DNA of 64,000 nucleotides, taken from the NCBI GenBank assembly GCA_001949185.1, contig BDGG01000002.1:7058448-7122447 (forward strand), given 5' to 3'. Under the pieces are notes generated by a model. It was not told the origin of the DNA, did no database searches, and saw only the letters and a program-made list of their open reading frames with translations. The position numbers were made by a program, and so were the translations under genes. Every line of letters begins with the position of its first letter. The stretch's first letter is position 1. Source of the DNA: Ramazzottius varieornatus. Its lineage: Eukaryota > Animalia > Tardigrada. This document shows, in pieces, positions 1 to 15,000 of this stretch.

Positions 1-3000
1 CCAAGGTTCATCGTTGTCGGTTCGCTTGCAGCTCTTGCCGTCGTTCATGCTTTGATAGTAGGTGGTGTTACATTTGCAGATGTAGGAACCTGGGGTGTTG
101 AAGCAGTACTGATCACAAGCTCCTGGCACCTCCAAGCACTCGTTGACGTCGCGGCAAGCTTTCTTGTCTGCCATGAGTGTGTACCCAGCGTTACACGCGC
201 ACTTGTAGCCCAGCTTCTGATTGATGCAAATCTGACCACATTGGTTCTCTTCGATGTGGAGACATTCGTTGATGGGCTTGTGGCAGCGATTGGGGTTCTC
301 CGGTGACTCGTCACTGGAGTCGTTGCAGTTTGGCTTACCGTCACAAACCAGAGCTTCGGATATGCAAGCTCCATCTTTACACTGCCACTCGCCAGTGGCG
401 CACTCTGTTTGTGTGCAGTTCGCCTCGTCGCTGTTATCTCTGCAGTCCTGGTCTCCATCACATTTCCAGTCTTTGGGAATGCATCGTCCCGATGAACAAG
501 CAACCTGGTTGACTTCGCAAGGTTTGTACTGGCATTGAGCTCCCTCGTCCGAATTATCCCCTGAATATCAGCATATCGTCTACTAGGTGGGAATGAACGA
601 GAGCCAAAGAAAAACTCAACCAGGTTGTTTTCCCAAAAGGGCGCAGTGTCCAACCAATTTCAAGTGCGCCGCTTGAGGGAAAGCGACTTGGTTGCCATAT
701 GGAGATGCAACCAACTTACCGCATTCATCTTCGTGATTGCACTTGAACCTCTCGCTAATACAACGCCCGTTAGCGCACTGGAACTCATTAGACTGACAAG
801 GCGTCGGAGCTGGGCAGCCTTCTTGTCGTTCATCTTCGCCGCCTGCGCAGTCAGGTTCGCCGTCACAAACCCACTGTCTGTAGATACAAGGGTTGCGACC
901 AGCGGCTCTGTTGGACGGACACTCGAATTCGTTTGGTGAGCAAGTGTGGTTTCGGCACTGTGTTAGCGACTCGTCCGAGCCATCCGGACAGTCAGCGTCA
1001 CCGTCACATACAAAGATTTGCGGGATGCAGTTTCCGTTCGTGCAAGTGAACAAGTTCCCGTAACACGTCCTTGCTGTCGAGTTACAGTATCCCACTGGTT
1101 CATCGGCTCCGTCACCACAATCGTTATCTAACAGATAAATGAACATGTGTCTTCTATTCAAATAAAATCAGCTAAGAAAAAACCCGAACTCACCGCCATC
1201 GCAGTACCACGTTCCAGGTATGCAGCGCATATTAGGGCATCGGAAGGAGTTGGTGGGGCAAGTAGTCTTTGCACAGAACATTGGGTTCTCGTCACTGTTG
1301 TCACCGCAATCGTTATCTAAGATAAGAAATAGCTGGTAGATGATTGAATGTGAAATGATTCTGATCGTAAAAACTTACCGCCATCACAAAGCCAGTACGG
1401 ATCGATGCAGATATTGGTCGTGTTGCACTTCAGGGTATTTCGCTGGCAGGTGCGGTTGACCGTTGGACAGTTGAGGATGTTCTCATCAGACGTAGAGTTA
1501 TCCTTGCAGTCGTTGATGCCATCGCAGACTTGGTCTTGACTGATGCAGCGGGAATTCTCGCAGGTGAACTCGTTGTCGGCACACTTCTTGTAGACGCAGT
1601 TATCTTCATCCGACATGTCGCCACAGTCATCTACCAAGTAACGAAAATGTCCCTTATGTTACCATTTAGTCAGTGTTTTAACGAAGTACCTTCATGGTCA
1701 CATCTCCAGCTGGCCGAAATGCACTTGCGGTTGGCGCACTGGAATTCGTTGCTTCCGCAGGATCGGACTGCGCAGTACGCCTTGTCTTCGTCACTGTTGT
1801 CTCCGCAATCGTCATCACCTACGAAGCAGGACCAACATTGTACTGACGAAGGTCCTCAGGGTTATCGACGAACAAGGCTCACCGTCACATGCCCATTGCC
1901 TCTGGATGCATTTTCCGTTGTGACAGAAGTAGTTCGAGGGATCGCAAGTTTGGTTTATGGGAGCGCAGTAGGTTCCTGCGTTGACTAGTTCGAAGCCTTC
2001 GTTGCAGCGGCACTCTATCGATCCATTGCTATTGTGGATGCAAAGTTGGAAGCAACCTAAAACCGTCGTTACGTTAGTATCTCTAAAAACTACGAAAATA
2101 TCACAAAAGATTGACACTGTCGGACCTCCATTGTTAAAGTCACATGGGCTACCACTGCAGTTTTGCTTGTTCGGGGAATATGCGACCAGCGCTCGTGGTG
2201 CGGAGGGAAGTCTCGTCACGAGGGTTTCCAGTCGAGCTCCGGTGAACTTTTCTGCCCGGTAGATACCTCGGAGCGAAATGTCGGACCAGTAGACATGGTC
2301 GCCGAAGACGGTCAACGAGTATGGATAGATGGCTGAAGTGATGAGGGTTTCTGGTGTTGTACAGTCCAAAGCGCATCTTTCGATCTTTTCCAGGATGGCA
2401 TCCGCGTAGTAGATCATTCCCTCCGTGTAGTCGATGGCTAGGCCAGTTGGCTGCACTAATCCCTTACCGACAACGGTCTCAACGTTCTGACCAGCCAGGG
2501 TTGCCCGCTTGATGACTCCACTAGGCACAACCCAGTCCGTAAAGTAGATCTGCCCACGACACGGATGAAGAGCAATGGACTTGGGTCGCGACACGTCGAG
2601 AACTGCGTTCGTACTCGTGCCAGCAAAATCTAAAAATAGAGCAGAATGAACCCTTTTTCTACGATATTTCGCAGCGAAACAAGCCATCTTTCAAACACCT
2701 GCATCCACTCACGAATATTTATGTGACACACCTGTACGCAGGAGAACGATACGGGCGGATTTTCCTCGCTTTGCTTACCTGTGGAGAAGATCTTCTTCCG
2801 TGCACTGTCTGCCCAGAAGATCCTGCTGGAAACCCAGTCATAAGCAATGCCTTCCGGTTGGCTGATCAAAGCTGATGCTTTCGGTAGAGTGAAATTGTCC
2901 GACTTGAAGATGATCGTGCCGTTATCGCCTGGATTCTTCACACTGATCCAGCGAAGTGATGGTCGAGGACCGCTGATCGCAAACAGCACTCGACTGTTCA

Positions 3001-6000
3001 TGGCATCGTAATCAATACTAGCGATAGACTGGATGGTCAAGCCATTAGCTTCGAAAGGATGCCCACTGAATTGCGGGTTGAAGTGTAGTCCCACAAGGTT
3101 CCCCATGTGCGTGTAAATGAGGTACTCTTCCCAGGGTATGCATTTCTGTCCGTCTTCCGATAGACGTCCGTTGGCGCAGGCACAACGACGCTGTAGTTGT
3201 CCACTGCCGTCGTCGCTACTGAGTACTGCGAAACAAAGCTGCTCGCAGCCACTGATACTGGTGTCACAGACGGACCGCTGTGCAGGAATGGGCTGGTTGG
3301 ACTACGAAAAGACCTCACGATGTCAAACATGTCACTTAGTATGTATGTATATTGCCTCCATATATTATTTTTAATTGTGCAAAGAATAGCTTTCCTATTT
3401 TTCTCTTATCTTTTGAAACAATGCTTTGGATAAATACTTGAGCAAAGATGGCCACGTCTCGGACGGTCTCCAAGTCGCCCAAGATCTTTTCGGGTTCGGT
3501 GGAGTTGTCAGCGGAAGTGCCGGTACGGAACAGAGCGCGCAGGTTTCGGTCAACCCAGTAAAGGTGATCGGAGTAGATGGCAATACCATAAGGTGCTGGT
3601 AGACGATGACCAGTAGCTTCGCTGACAATTTCACGTCGGTTTCCACCTAGGTAGTTCACACTCTGGATGGAGTCGGTAACGGTGTCCACCCAGTAGACAT
3701 CATGAGTTAGGAAGTCAACGGTGATATCGCGAGGCGTCGAGATACCGGTGGTCACGATGGCTTTTCGTCCAGTGCCGTCAAGGAAGGCTCGTTCGATCTT
3801 GGGAAACTGGCCGTAGTCTGTCCAGTACATGAAACCCTTGATTGGGTTAATGGCAATCTGTGCACAAAACACAGTAAGAAACAATAGCTTAATAGACAAC
3901 GAAGCAGTAGGATCTTGCCTGTCGTGGAGAGTCTCGATCCGTCTTGACCAACACCTTTCGGAACTTGCCATCCAGCCTGCAAACTTCGATGAAGGTATCA
4001 GTGGCGAAGACGTTCGAAAAGTAGACGTTTCCGGCGACCCAGTCGATGGCAAGACCTCGGATACCGGTAACACCCACTCCGGTCGAAATGATCTGCTGGA
4101 AGCCTGATCCATCGGGACGTACCCTAAAGATGCCGTTGGGTAGCTCAGGCGAACGGTCTTTGTTGAAGTCAGTCCAGTAGATCCATCGCTCTTGGTAATG
4201 GAAATCAATATGCAGTGCATTTCGTTCGGGCCCGCTGATTGGTGTCATGGCCACGTTAGTGTTGTTCAAATCGAAGCCTTGGATTTGGAAGAGTTGGCTG
4301 ACAATGGCAAAGGACTCATAAGGTTTGCACTTTCCGTCTTCGACCGTCTGGAAACCCACTGCACAAGCACAGCTTCGGGCGGAGGATCCCAGTGGGATAC
4401 AGAACTGTTCACAGCCGCCGTTGTTGGATCGACAAGGATGACTCTGGATATCCAGCATAGTGGCGCGTCGGTAGACCTTCAGCTGCTTCGGGTTGGTATA
4501 GGCTTGGCGGAGGTCGATCTTGTTGGTTCCGCCGGGCAGGTTAACTCGACTGATGGCTTCGTAGGCCGCATCGGCGAAGTACAACTTGTTGTCCCAGACC
4601 GCCAGACCTAATCGACGCAAAATGCAGAGTATTGCGTTCTTGAAGCCCAGGGTTTTTATAGTGTCCAATTTATCGACTGAGAGCTCGGCAAATAAACTAG
4701 CAAGATTGTGTTCTCGAGCGGCGCATGTTGTCGATGTTATAGAACGAAAGCGTGCGCCACTTGAAAAAATCTGTCGACTTGGTTTGCCTCGGCACCAGTC
4801 TTCAAATTTTCCAGTATAGTATGATTAGTATCGAACCTTGTGGGGAGTACACGTCCTTGCTGACAATGACTTGTCTCTGCGATCCATCACTTCTTCCGCG
4901 GACAATCTGGTTACTGGATACATCGCTCCAGTAGATGAACTGTGTCATGGGGTCGTACGTGATGAACGAGATCTTGTAAATGTTATCCTTGAAGACGATG
5001 GCTGCTTGTTGTCCATCCAGTCGCACCTTGGCAATCTTAGCCGGCACGCCGACTCCACCATTGTCACCCCAGAACAATAGGCCTTCTTGTGGGCTGATGG
5101 CTAGCGAGACAGGCCGGGATACGCCAGTCTCGTTTCCGGTGTTGCCGAGGAGGACTTTGTATATCTGCCTTCGTGCACTGTTACGGGTGATCAAGATCTG
5201 TTTCTGCTCGACATTGCTGAGGTACAGGTTCTGGGCAATATAGTCATAGACCACAGAGTATGGTGAACCAATCAAGCCAGTTCGGAGGAGGCGAGTTTTG
5301 TTGTCACCATCGAATCCAATAGACCACAAAGTTCCGTTGTCATTCTTCTCATCCTTCTGCGTGTAGTAAAACAGACGATTTTCGGGATCCACGGCAAAGT
5401 CGAAGCCGTTGTCGACACCAACAACCTGTCACAATAAGCAATTCGTCAGATTACGGGAATCGTTTTGCTAATGATTTGCTGATCAATATGATCTTTGCAG
5501 AATTAACTCAGTAAAGTAGGCAGTGCGGATGAGCTCAATTGCGAAACAGACAACGATCAGATGGAAACTGCGCTTATTAGTTCAGAATAAGTTAACCTTA
5601 CGAAGGTAACTTCGTATATTGGGATACTGTTTTTTTTATTTCTAGGTACCAGATGTAATTTAGAACGTTCCATTTTTCTTGATGCATAAGAACGTACCGT
5701 CAGTGGCGCCACCCATTCTTTATCGGCCACGTCCATCCTGAACCCACGAATACCTCGGTCCTGCATACCCAGCAAGAACTGCAGGTCTTCGATCTCCTTG
5801 CAAGTTCTCTGGTCTTCATGGATACGATAGCCAGCTGGACAGACACATGCAAAGCCGCCAGTGCGGTTAGCGGAAAGCAGACACAGGTGCGAACAGGCGG
5901 CAGCATCGCAGGGACTCGTTTCGTCAGGCTGGTTCGATGGATGGTAGATGGCGATTCCCAGTGGCTGAGCAATCTTGTAGGTAACGACGGTGTTGTTACT

Positions 6001-9000
6001 TCCCTTGAACTTGTCTGCCCGGTTCACTCGGTTGATCTGACGATCGGTCCAGTACATGGAATCTTCGAAGACCGCCATCGCATGTGGATGATGCAATGCC
6101 TAAAGACCAACTCCTGCGTACTGAGCAACCAAAAATTGGGACGTGAGGCAAATGGACTGAACCAGATCGCCAACTCAAGTGGCGCGCATACTTATTCTTA
6201 TTGGCTGAAAGTGCGCGCCACTTGGGAAGATGATCAGGTATTGCAGTCATTCGGTCACATCCCATACTACGCAGTGTAATGAGGTGATTGACTGGCTTAC
6301 CAATGCACTGGCAATAACTTGGGTTCGCCCACTGCCGTCATAATTACAAAAGTCGATGAAATCCAGCTTGCTGTCAGCAAAGTACAGTCTTCTGTTTGGG
6401 TAGTCGATGGCCAGACCATTTGGCCAGAAGATCTTCATAGTAATGATGCTCTTCCTGTCGGTTCCATCCATGCTAGCTCGTTCGATTCTTGGTCTCTCTC
6501 CCCACTCAGTCCAGAACAAGTACCTGGCGTTCTCTCTCGGATCCAGCGTGATACCTCTCGGTCGTGAGATATTCTGGCTGAACAGTACCATTCTAAACTT
6601 CCCATCAGAGTTCGCCACGTTAACCGTGTCCAAGGCCGAGTCAGTCCAGTAGATGTTCCTGCCAATCCAGTCATACGTCATCCCTTCCACCACATCGATA
6701 CCGGAAGTCAGAATGGCTTTGCGACTTTCAGTGCTATTGGACCCGTCTGCCGGTCCGCGGAAGATTGTCTTCTGTCGGAGATCCGACCAGAAGATCCTGT
6801 GTCCTTTCGCGTCGACAGCCAACGCCACCACGTTGGTAACGTTACTGTTGTACGCATCGATGTTAGTGCCGAACAAGTTCGTCTTGAGGATGGTGCGTCG
6901 GTTGGTGAGGAACACGGTAGCTGGTGGACCGCTAGCTTTGCAGGAGGTTGGATAGCTGCCTTTCTCGTATCCAGCCACGCAGTCACAGTGGAAGGAACCT
7001 TTAGTGTTTGTGCATAGCTGCGAACAGGAAGTTGGGTCTTGACATTCATCGATGTCGTCACAGGTTTTCTTGCCAGCTCCCAAGTTGAAGCCTGGTGGAC
7101 AGCGACAAAGAGGTCCCATCGGAGTATTGATGCAAATGTGCGAACAGCCTAAGCGCATGATGTCGCATTTCTCAGCCGTACAACGAGGGCCTTCGTCACT
7201 TCCGCCTGGACAGTCGTTCTTCCCATCACATACTTGGGTGTCGAGAACGCAGACATCGCCACGAACGCACCGATATTGTCCAGAAGGACAAGTGAAGGGT
7301 TTCTGGCCGCAGGTACCTTCGTCCGAGCCATCGCCACAGTCGTCGCGACCGTCGCACATCCAGGACTTGAAGACGCATTTGGAGTTGTTGCACTGGAAGA
7401 AGTCTTCTCCGCAGGTGACATTGCGGCAAGCCAGTTCGTCGGATCCATCATCACAGTCCTCACTTCCATCACACTTCCATCGAGAGGGGATACAAATCTT
7501 GGAGGTGGCGCATTGAAACTCGTCGGCTCGACATGCTCGGATTACGGCAGGAGCCTGTCTCGAAGTGCCCGCGCACTGCCTCTCGTCGGAACGATCACTG
7601 CAGTCGGCATATCCGTCGCACCTATCATAAACAGGTGCGTCAGTGGAGTATTTACAAAGCTGATTATTACAAAACTATGATTATGCAGTTTTCCTACCTG
7701 TAGATATCTCTTATGCACTGCCGGCCATTTTCACAGCGGAATTCGTTGGATCTACAGACGGTAGGTGGGCAGTTTTGCTCGTCGGTAGCTGTTAAAGAAA
7801 CCCATTCGCTATAATATTGCAGTGCGGTAAACCGGTATTTACTTTCGTCATACAGATAAGGATATATATGGACTTACAATCGAAGCAGTCGTCGTCTCCA
7901 TCGCACTTCCACGAAAGCGGAATGCATCGTCCCGATCCGCAGGTAAACTGGAAATACTGGCAGGTTTTTTCTTTACAGAAATCCCCTTCGTCCGACCCAT
8001 CACCGCAGTCATTGTCACTGTCGAGAAAACTCCAGATGAGTAATTTCTGATAAAAATCTCTTGGGAGTATCTCACCTGTCGCATTTCCAGGACAGTGGGA
8101 TGCATCGGCTGTTGTTGCACTTGAATTCCGTGCTTTCGCAGGTGACGTTGGCACAATTCAGCTCGTCGCTTCCGTCCCCACAGTCAGAATCCCCGTCGCA
8201 CTTCCAACGATTAGGAACACAGCGCCCGTTGTTACACTTAAACTGATCCGTTCCACACGTTGGCGAAGTGCAGTTCACCTCATCGGAGTTATCCAAGCAA
8301 TCATTGTCACCATCGCAGCGCCACCTGCTGGTAATGCAGCGTCCATTCGCACAAGCGAAGTCCGTGGCGGAAGGACACTGTCGTGGCGGAGGTTCTGCCG
8401 CGTTGGCTGTGCAAGTCTTCCCGCTAACATCCAGCTTCATTCCGTAAGGACACGAACACTCGAATGTCAGCGCCGAGTTGATATCTGGAAAAAAATAAAG
8501 CGGTCAATAACGCCACCTATAAAAGCAATCGGGAGGTCGCAAATGATCTCAGCCAGATCATTGTCCCAAGTGGCGCACATTTGCGTTGATATAGACCGAC
8601 TGTATGCGCCACTTGGAACAACGATCATTTCCCGACATCTTAATCAACAAAATCAGCCTATACCTTCGGTGGTTAGTTTCGGGAAGCAGAAGTGGGAGCA
8701 TCCGCCATTCGTGGCTCCATAGCACGGGTGGCTGGGTACGATTGGTTGATTAGAGATACTGTAGGCTTTAACGCCATACAAACGATCATCAGGATCGATA
8801 GTGGTCATGATGACCTGGTCACCGCCTAAAGATCAATATTGACCATTACAATGGCGCATGCCAGAGGAAAATGAACAGTGACGAGAGCCGAATGCCATAC
8901 CTGTTCGCTTATTCGCTCGTACCACTGCGTCAAACCTCCAGTCGGAGAAGTAGACATGCTCGTTTAGGACGCTCAAGGAAAACGGATGGAGCAGGAATCT

Positions 9001-12000
9001 GCCTACAATGGTCTGCACGTCGTTTCCGTCAAAGTCGGAATGCTGGATACGATCCAACAAAGCATCGCACCAGTACAGACGGTCAGCCTGGTAATCGATG
9101 GTCACACCATTGGGCCAACCAAGCTGAGAACGACGGACACGTTTCAAGCCTGTCCCGTTGTAGTTGACTCGGGAGATGTTGGCTGGTCTTTGCCATTCGG
9201 TGAAGAAAATAAACCCTGTCAAAAAGTGAGCATTCGTCCGAGTTTGAATGGGGATTTATACGGTTCTCTATTTATGATGTACACGAGCTTCCTTTCAAAG
9301 GTGAATGGATCCGACAATCACCCTGATCGAAACCCGATTATTCACGATTTCTCACAGAAACCAAATTAAGGGAAATATTACGAGTACGTGCAAGATTTCA
9401 AACAAATTGCGCAATTATTGTATGCAGATTTTTTATTACCTTTGTTAGGGTGGATGGCAATAGCTCGAGGTCGGCTCAGATTACTCATGATGGTTCTTCG
9501 CCAGGTCGTGTTCCTCAGACTAACCACCGACAAGGTGGACCGGCCTGAATCCAAGAAGTACAGCAGCTGCGAAGCCCAGTCCACCGCGATACCTTCCACA
9601 CCCTCATTCTCCGACAAGACCACCGGTTCCTTCCCGGTTCCATCCGGATGATACCGGTAAATAACATCCGCCACCACATCCGAGAAGTAGATATGGTTAT
9701 TCCTCACATCGAAATCCAGCGCTACAAAGTTAGTCCCTCTCACGCTGCCCACCACCGGCATGATCGCGTTGGTAAAAGACTCCTGTTGGAAGCCATCTTT
9801 CACTACAGCCCTCAGCGCACTTTGCGACGAGTAGATAATGAACTCGGTCAGCTGATCACAAGACCGTCCATCTGACTTCAGTTCATACCCGGTGTTGCAA
9901 ACACAGCGATACCCTATCCCAGCGTTATTCGGTTGCTGTCTAATTAAGCACATGTGTTGGCAGTCGCCGTTGTTCGTACCGCAAGGGTTCGTAGCGGGCT
10001 GGATCTGCTTGAGTGGATGGAAGACTGAAATGCCCATGGGGAAGCTCGAGTCGGTTTCTTTAGCCAGGTGGATACTTTGCACAGACTCTGCGCCTTTAAA
10101 CTTGGAGACCGCCATGACGCCCATGCGGGTCCAGTCGGTCCAGTAGACGAGATTCTCAAAGGTAGCTAGGCCTTGTGGATGAGGGATGAAGGCGCTACCG
10201 CTCAGCACAACTTGACGGTCTGAGCCGTCGTACTTCGCTGTTTCAATGTAGTCTAGTCGAGAGTCACAGTAGTAGATTCGTCGAGCGATAAGGTCGGTTG
10301 TGATAGACGAGACGTAGTACATTCGGTCATTAAGAATGGTCTGGCGCAGGGTTCCGTCCAAGCTGGCTCTTTCAATGCGCTTGCTGTCCGAAATGAACAT
10401 GAGTCCTTGGAGGGGATCGATGGCGATCGCAAGAGGAGCAGTCAGGTTCTGGCTGATGACGATGGCTCGATACTGTCCACTGAGTTCCATCACGTCGATT
10501 CGTTTCGCGGCGAGATCCACAACGTAGACTTTGTTGGCGACCCAATCAACGGCAACACCTACTGGGTTCTTGAGGGACAGAGTAGCCACGGTGTAGTTCT
10601 CACGGTTGGCAGATCCCAGCGAAGTTGAATACAAAGCGGGCTGAAAACAAAGTATAGTCAGGTCAATACTTAATCGAGAACTGGAGCCAAGAAAACGAAC
10701 TGGCCCAGATCGTCTTCCCAATTGGCGCTTGCTTTCTGTGGTACTATTGGCGGACAGCGTGTGCCACTTGGGAAAACGACGCCTTGGAGTTTGATTGCCG
10801 AGCTTCCAGCTTTGACAGGTACTGCCATACCTTTCGTTCATCGGTGTCGGTCCAGTAGAGCATATTCGTTCCATAATGGTAATCCACAGCGAAAGCTTTC
10901 GTAGAGTTGATCAAGCGGCGAATTTGGACCGCTTGCTTGTCGACTTCGTAAATTCCTTCTCGACGGGCGTAGATGATCCGCAGTTTAGTCACATCGGACA
11001 CACGGCAGGTGCCCTGTTTCTCCAGCTGGTACCCTGGGTTACACATGCATCGGTACGAACCCAACACGTCGGCACACATCTGGTCGCAGTAACCCCACAA
11101 GTCACATTCGTTTCTGTTGATGCAGGTTCGGTTCGTGGAAGGATCCAGCGTGTAACCTTCCGTACAGTAACATTCGCCACCGGTGGTACTTGCGCGGCAA
11201 TTGTACTCACAACTCATCAGCGCACACCTTGAAGTACTACACTGCCTCTCATCTATAGCAAAAATTCCTCAATCAATTCATTCGGACTTCCATTTTCTTT
11301 TCTAATATCTTTTACACATTTGTTTCTATACCTTCGCCATTAGGGCACTGCGAGCTTCCGTCGCAGACTTTACTTCTCGGGATGCATAGTCCGGCACAAG
11401 CGAAAAAGTCCGCTGCACATGCCGTGCAGTTTTGTTCGTCTGAGCCATCACCTGTGGAAAACACGTCAAAATTTTATTGTCCAAGAGATTACAGTAATCA
11501 ATGGGCGTATAGGTTAGTGGGAAGACTAACCACAATCCGCAATGCCATTGCATTTCCGTTGCAGAGAGATACACTCTCCATTAGCACACCGCATATCTCC
11601 TAGCCGGACAAACAGAAACCGGTTAGGGATGGAAACGAGTCTGTGAATGTCGAAGTGTCACGAGATGATCATACCTGGCCCACAATCGGGAAAAGTGCAG
11701 TTCTGCAAGCACAAACATATCCTTTTGTCAAAATAGATTGATAGACTTACTTTGAGGTTTTACAATCTCACCTGTTCATCACTGCCATCGCCGCAGTCAT
11801 CTCGGTGATTGCACACATCGCCTTCCGGGATGCATCGGTCACGCGTCTTACACAAAAACTGTCCGCGATAACATGAGGTACGATCTGTGGATTAGCAGAA
11901 AAGTAATCAGCTTAACCAACCAAATCCTTCATGCATCAGCTGGAAATTGCTCAGATCAAGCGCGATACTTACTGCATCCAAGTTCCTACAATCAAAATAG

Positions 12001-15000
12001 AAAACACTCTCAGCATTTCATTTCCTCACAGTTGATCCTGATGATAAACAGAAACAACAATGCAGAACTTACGTCGCTATTGTCTCGACAATCGAAAACG
12101 CCGTCACATTTCTTTTCTTTTGGTATGCATAAGTTTGTACTGTTGCACCGAAAGTCGTCTGTATGACAAGTCCGATAATCTAAAAAAATAGGAAAAAAAT
12201 AGATAGCTCTGTTTCCTGTGACAGGAACGAAACATCAGAGATTATGGTCAAAGCGGCTCGTTGTCCCAAGTGGCGCACAGTTCGATCCATTTTCAATGAC
12301 GATGCGCACCATGCGAAATAACGGTCTGGTTCAGTTCATTTGCCCACGTCGCACATATCATGGGGGACTTACTGCAGGTTTCCTCGTCGGAACCATCGGC
12401 ACAATCGGAAGACTTGTCGCACCGCCAGTGGCTGGGAATACAGTAAGTGGTATTCCAGGTGTAGGTCCGGCAGGCGAATTGGTGCGTTTGGCACGTTGGC
12501 GGAGGACATCCTTGTTGTTCATCTTCTCCATGAGGACAGTCCCCGTAGTAGTCACATTTCCAGTTTTCCGGTATACACTGTCCATTTGAGCAACGGAAGT
12601 AACTGTCGGGACAAGCCCGGCTTGAGCATTGTTCTTCGTCTGAACCATCCACGCAATCTTTTTCACCGTCGCAGGCGAAGTAGATCGGGATACATTCTTG
12701 CGTCGACCTGCACGTAAACACCGGCGGACTGTACGGACATCCTGAAAGATACAATGGCTCAGTCAATCAAGCGTTACACATGGCGGGATCTCGCTATAGG
12801 AAACCAGGAAATACACTCCCCAATCAATACCGGCGTCAAATCAGCCGAATCAGCCATTATTTGATGGTGTCTGTTTTTCCAACGTGCGGAATGTGGAGCA
12901 GGGCTTTCGTTACTTGTTCAAGTGCTCTTCACATTTTCCTTCTTCAACACACATTTCTCGGTCTGCCTCGTTAGACATGTCAGCGGATGCCTGTCTTGGG
13001 TGCTCGAAGATGTGCTGACCACCGTGACCAGTTTTTGGCTAGACCTTTCTCGTTGCCCCTGTTGTTCACAGCGTCTCATTGCGCGAAATCGATTAGAAGA
13101 AAAGTTTCTTCATTTTGAATCTTTATCACAGACAGCTGTTTTCAGCGAATGACAGGTATCGATCGTCCCGAGATACTTTTGTGATGCGAAAGACCACAGT
13201 GAACCATGTGGGCCAGAGATTGAGCACGACAGGTGAAACCTATATTGGAACGCTGATCACATGGCTGAGATCTATTGTAGATGCCGCAGTTTCAAAATCG
13301 CGGTAGTGTTCTTTTTCTGTATGGCAAAACCTTCCTTTGAAGCATTCATGCTTCACGTGGAATCTTTTCATGGCAAAAGCTTAGCCAAACAGTTGCGCTA
13401 TAATGGTTTGCGAAGAAGTCGGCTACAAAACAACTATGTCGAACTCACACCTCGAGCTACCACCTGATTTCCTAGACTAACGTGCTATTAAAGCACGGCT
13501 CGGTGCGCGGCCAACGTAAATACAATATTCACCGTATCCGCATAATGATATTCTTTCGTCAAGGTTACCCCGAACTATGCAAGTCGGATGACACACAAAA
13601 ACAACACTGCGTTTTCCCTCAACAGCACTTTCTTGGCTGCTTCTTAAATTCTTCCTTGTTCACCCCGCTTCGAACGGAATGCCTCAGCGGAAAAACGAGC
13701 ATTCAACAGCGACACTTTCACCGAAGTGGAAATATTAATGTCATACGTCCCCGTCCGGTCAACAAGTTGATTGTTGGCCCAACAGCCTTTCCGCAAACTG
13801 CTTTCCGTCTATTACTAGGCCACGGTTCACATTCCATTGTGCCATATGTACTCGGATCGTCGAAACTACGGATAGAATAGCGAAGACGAGAGAGAGAGTC
13901 CAACGCAACGTAATCGCAGGAAACTTTAACGCTTAATTGTGTGGCGCTGTCGAGCATGGCATTGACAAATGCCCGTATGATATTGAGTGTTACACCTGAA
14001 ACCTTGAACAAGGTGTGAAGCCATAACCGGTACTTCACAAGCCATCAATACGTTCGGCTGTATTTCTCTCCGTGCTGGCCTATTACCCCAGAGGAGACGT
14101 AAACATCTCTCCGGGTAAGCTGGAGAAAGAAGAAATCTGCGAAGAGGATTAAGCGAAACACAATTAAGCCTGAATAACTGTTTTCCTCGCGGCGACTATA
14201 CTGCTGAGAAAAGCGCATTCATAACCATAAACCCCTGCGCATAAACAGTCCACCGTACAGTCCGCAGTCTGATGTGCTTTCGGACATTCGACGTGTAATC
14301 CGCTCCGAATCGTCGACGGAACGTTGAATTTTGACGAGGTACTCGGTTCTGGTGATTCGTCAAAAGTTAGGGCCTGAGTGCTGGTCAAAGACGTCGGTCA
14401 AGCGTAAAATATACAAGGCGTGCAAAGTGCCACAAACACATCAAGCGGACATTTCCGTTCTCTCCAAACCGAGGCCTCTCCTTCCATCGTCGAAACTCTG
14501 TAGCAGATGTCGAGGCTCCAAAAGTCGAAAGCTTCGCGTGTCCTGCTGCCCAATGTCCACTATAACATTATCCCTGCAAAACTACGCCGCGATTTTGTCC
14601 CAAACGTGTACTGACGATAGTAACTGACGGCCTCTTATTAATCTCGACAACCTCTCCTTTGGGAATACCGGATGATAAACGGTGAAGAGACATTTCCGAT
14701 TTCCTAAATACCGTTTCCGATCTGTATATCGATCAAAGGATCACGGGCGGGATAAAGCACAACAAGCGCGCAAACAGAAATGCGCGAAACAGAAACAAAA
14801 TGCGCAGCGGCATCATGAACCCACATACAGTACAAAACCAATCAAGCGCAGCCAACGTCTGACATGTTACACTACGGCGCACGATGGGCACCCAACCAGC
14901 AAACCGGGCATAAGAGTACGGACATTGTTGTCGTTTTCAGTTTCGAAATTTGGAGTTTTAAAACCTTCAGAACTTACTTGGCGGCGAAGTTTGCGCAGCC

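Noticed and set aside
5454-5560. Further very degenerate hairpin-element candidates (also near 35850-35935 and 36290-36330)
   Set aside because: Only partial arm similarity, so they were not counted.
6100-6300. Idea that the hairpin elements are introners that create the introns
   Set aside because: Splice donors and acceptors lie 20-70 nt or more outside the element and are not shared between copies, and two copies lie outside predicted coding-region introns.
11717-11726. ATATCCTTT resembling a U12 AT-AC donor
   Set aside because: It is on the strand opposite to LRP2 and inside an ordinary GT-AG intron.
52-12717. Many plus-strand ORFs over the LRP2 region
   Set aside because: Antisense or shifted-frame shadows of LRP2 exons with no independent motifs.
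13482-14627. ORFs of 75-130 aa in LRP2 intron 1
   Set aside because: No recognisable domain or coherent splice model.
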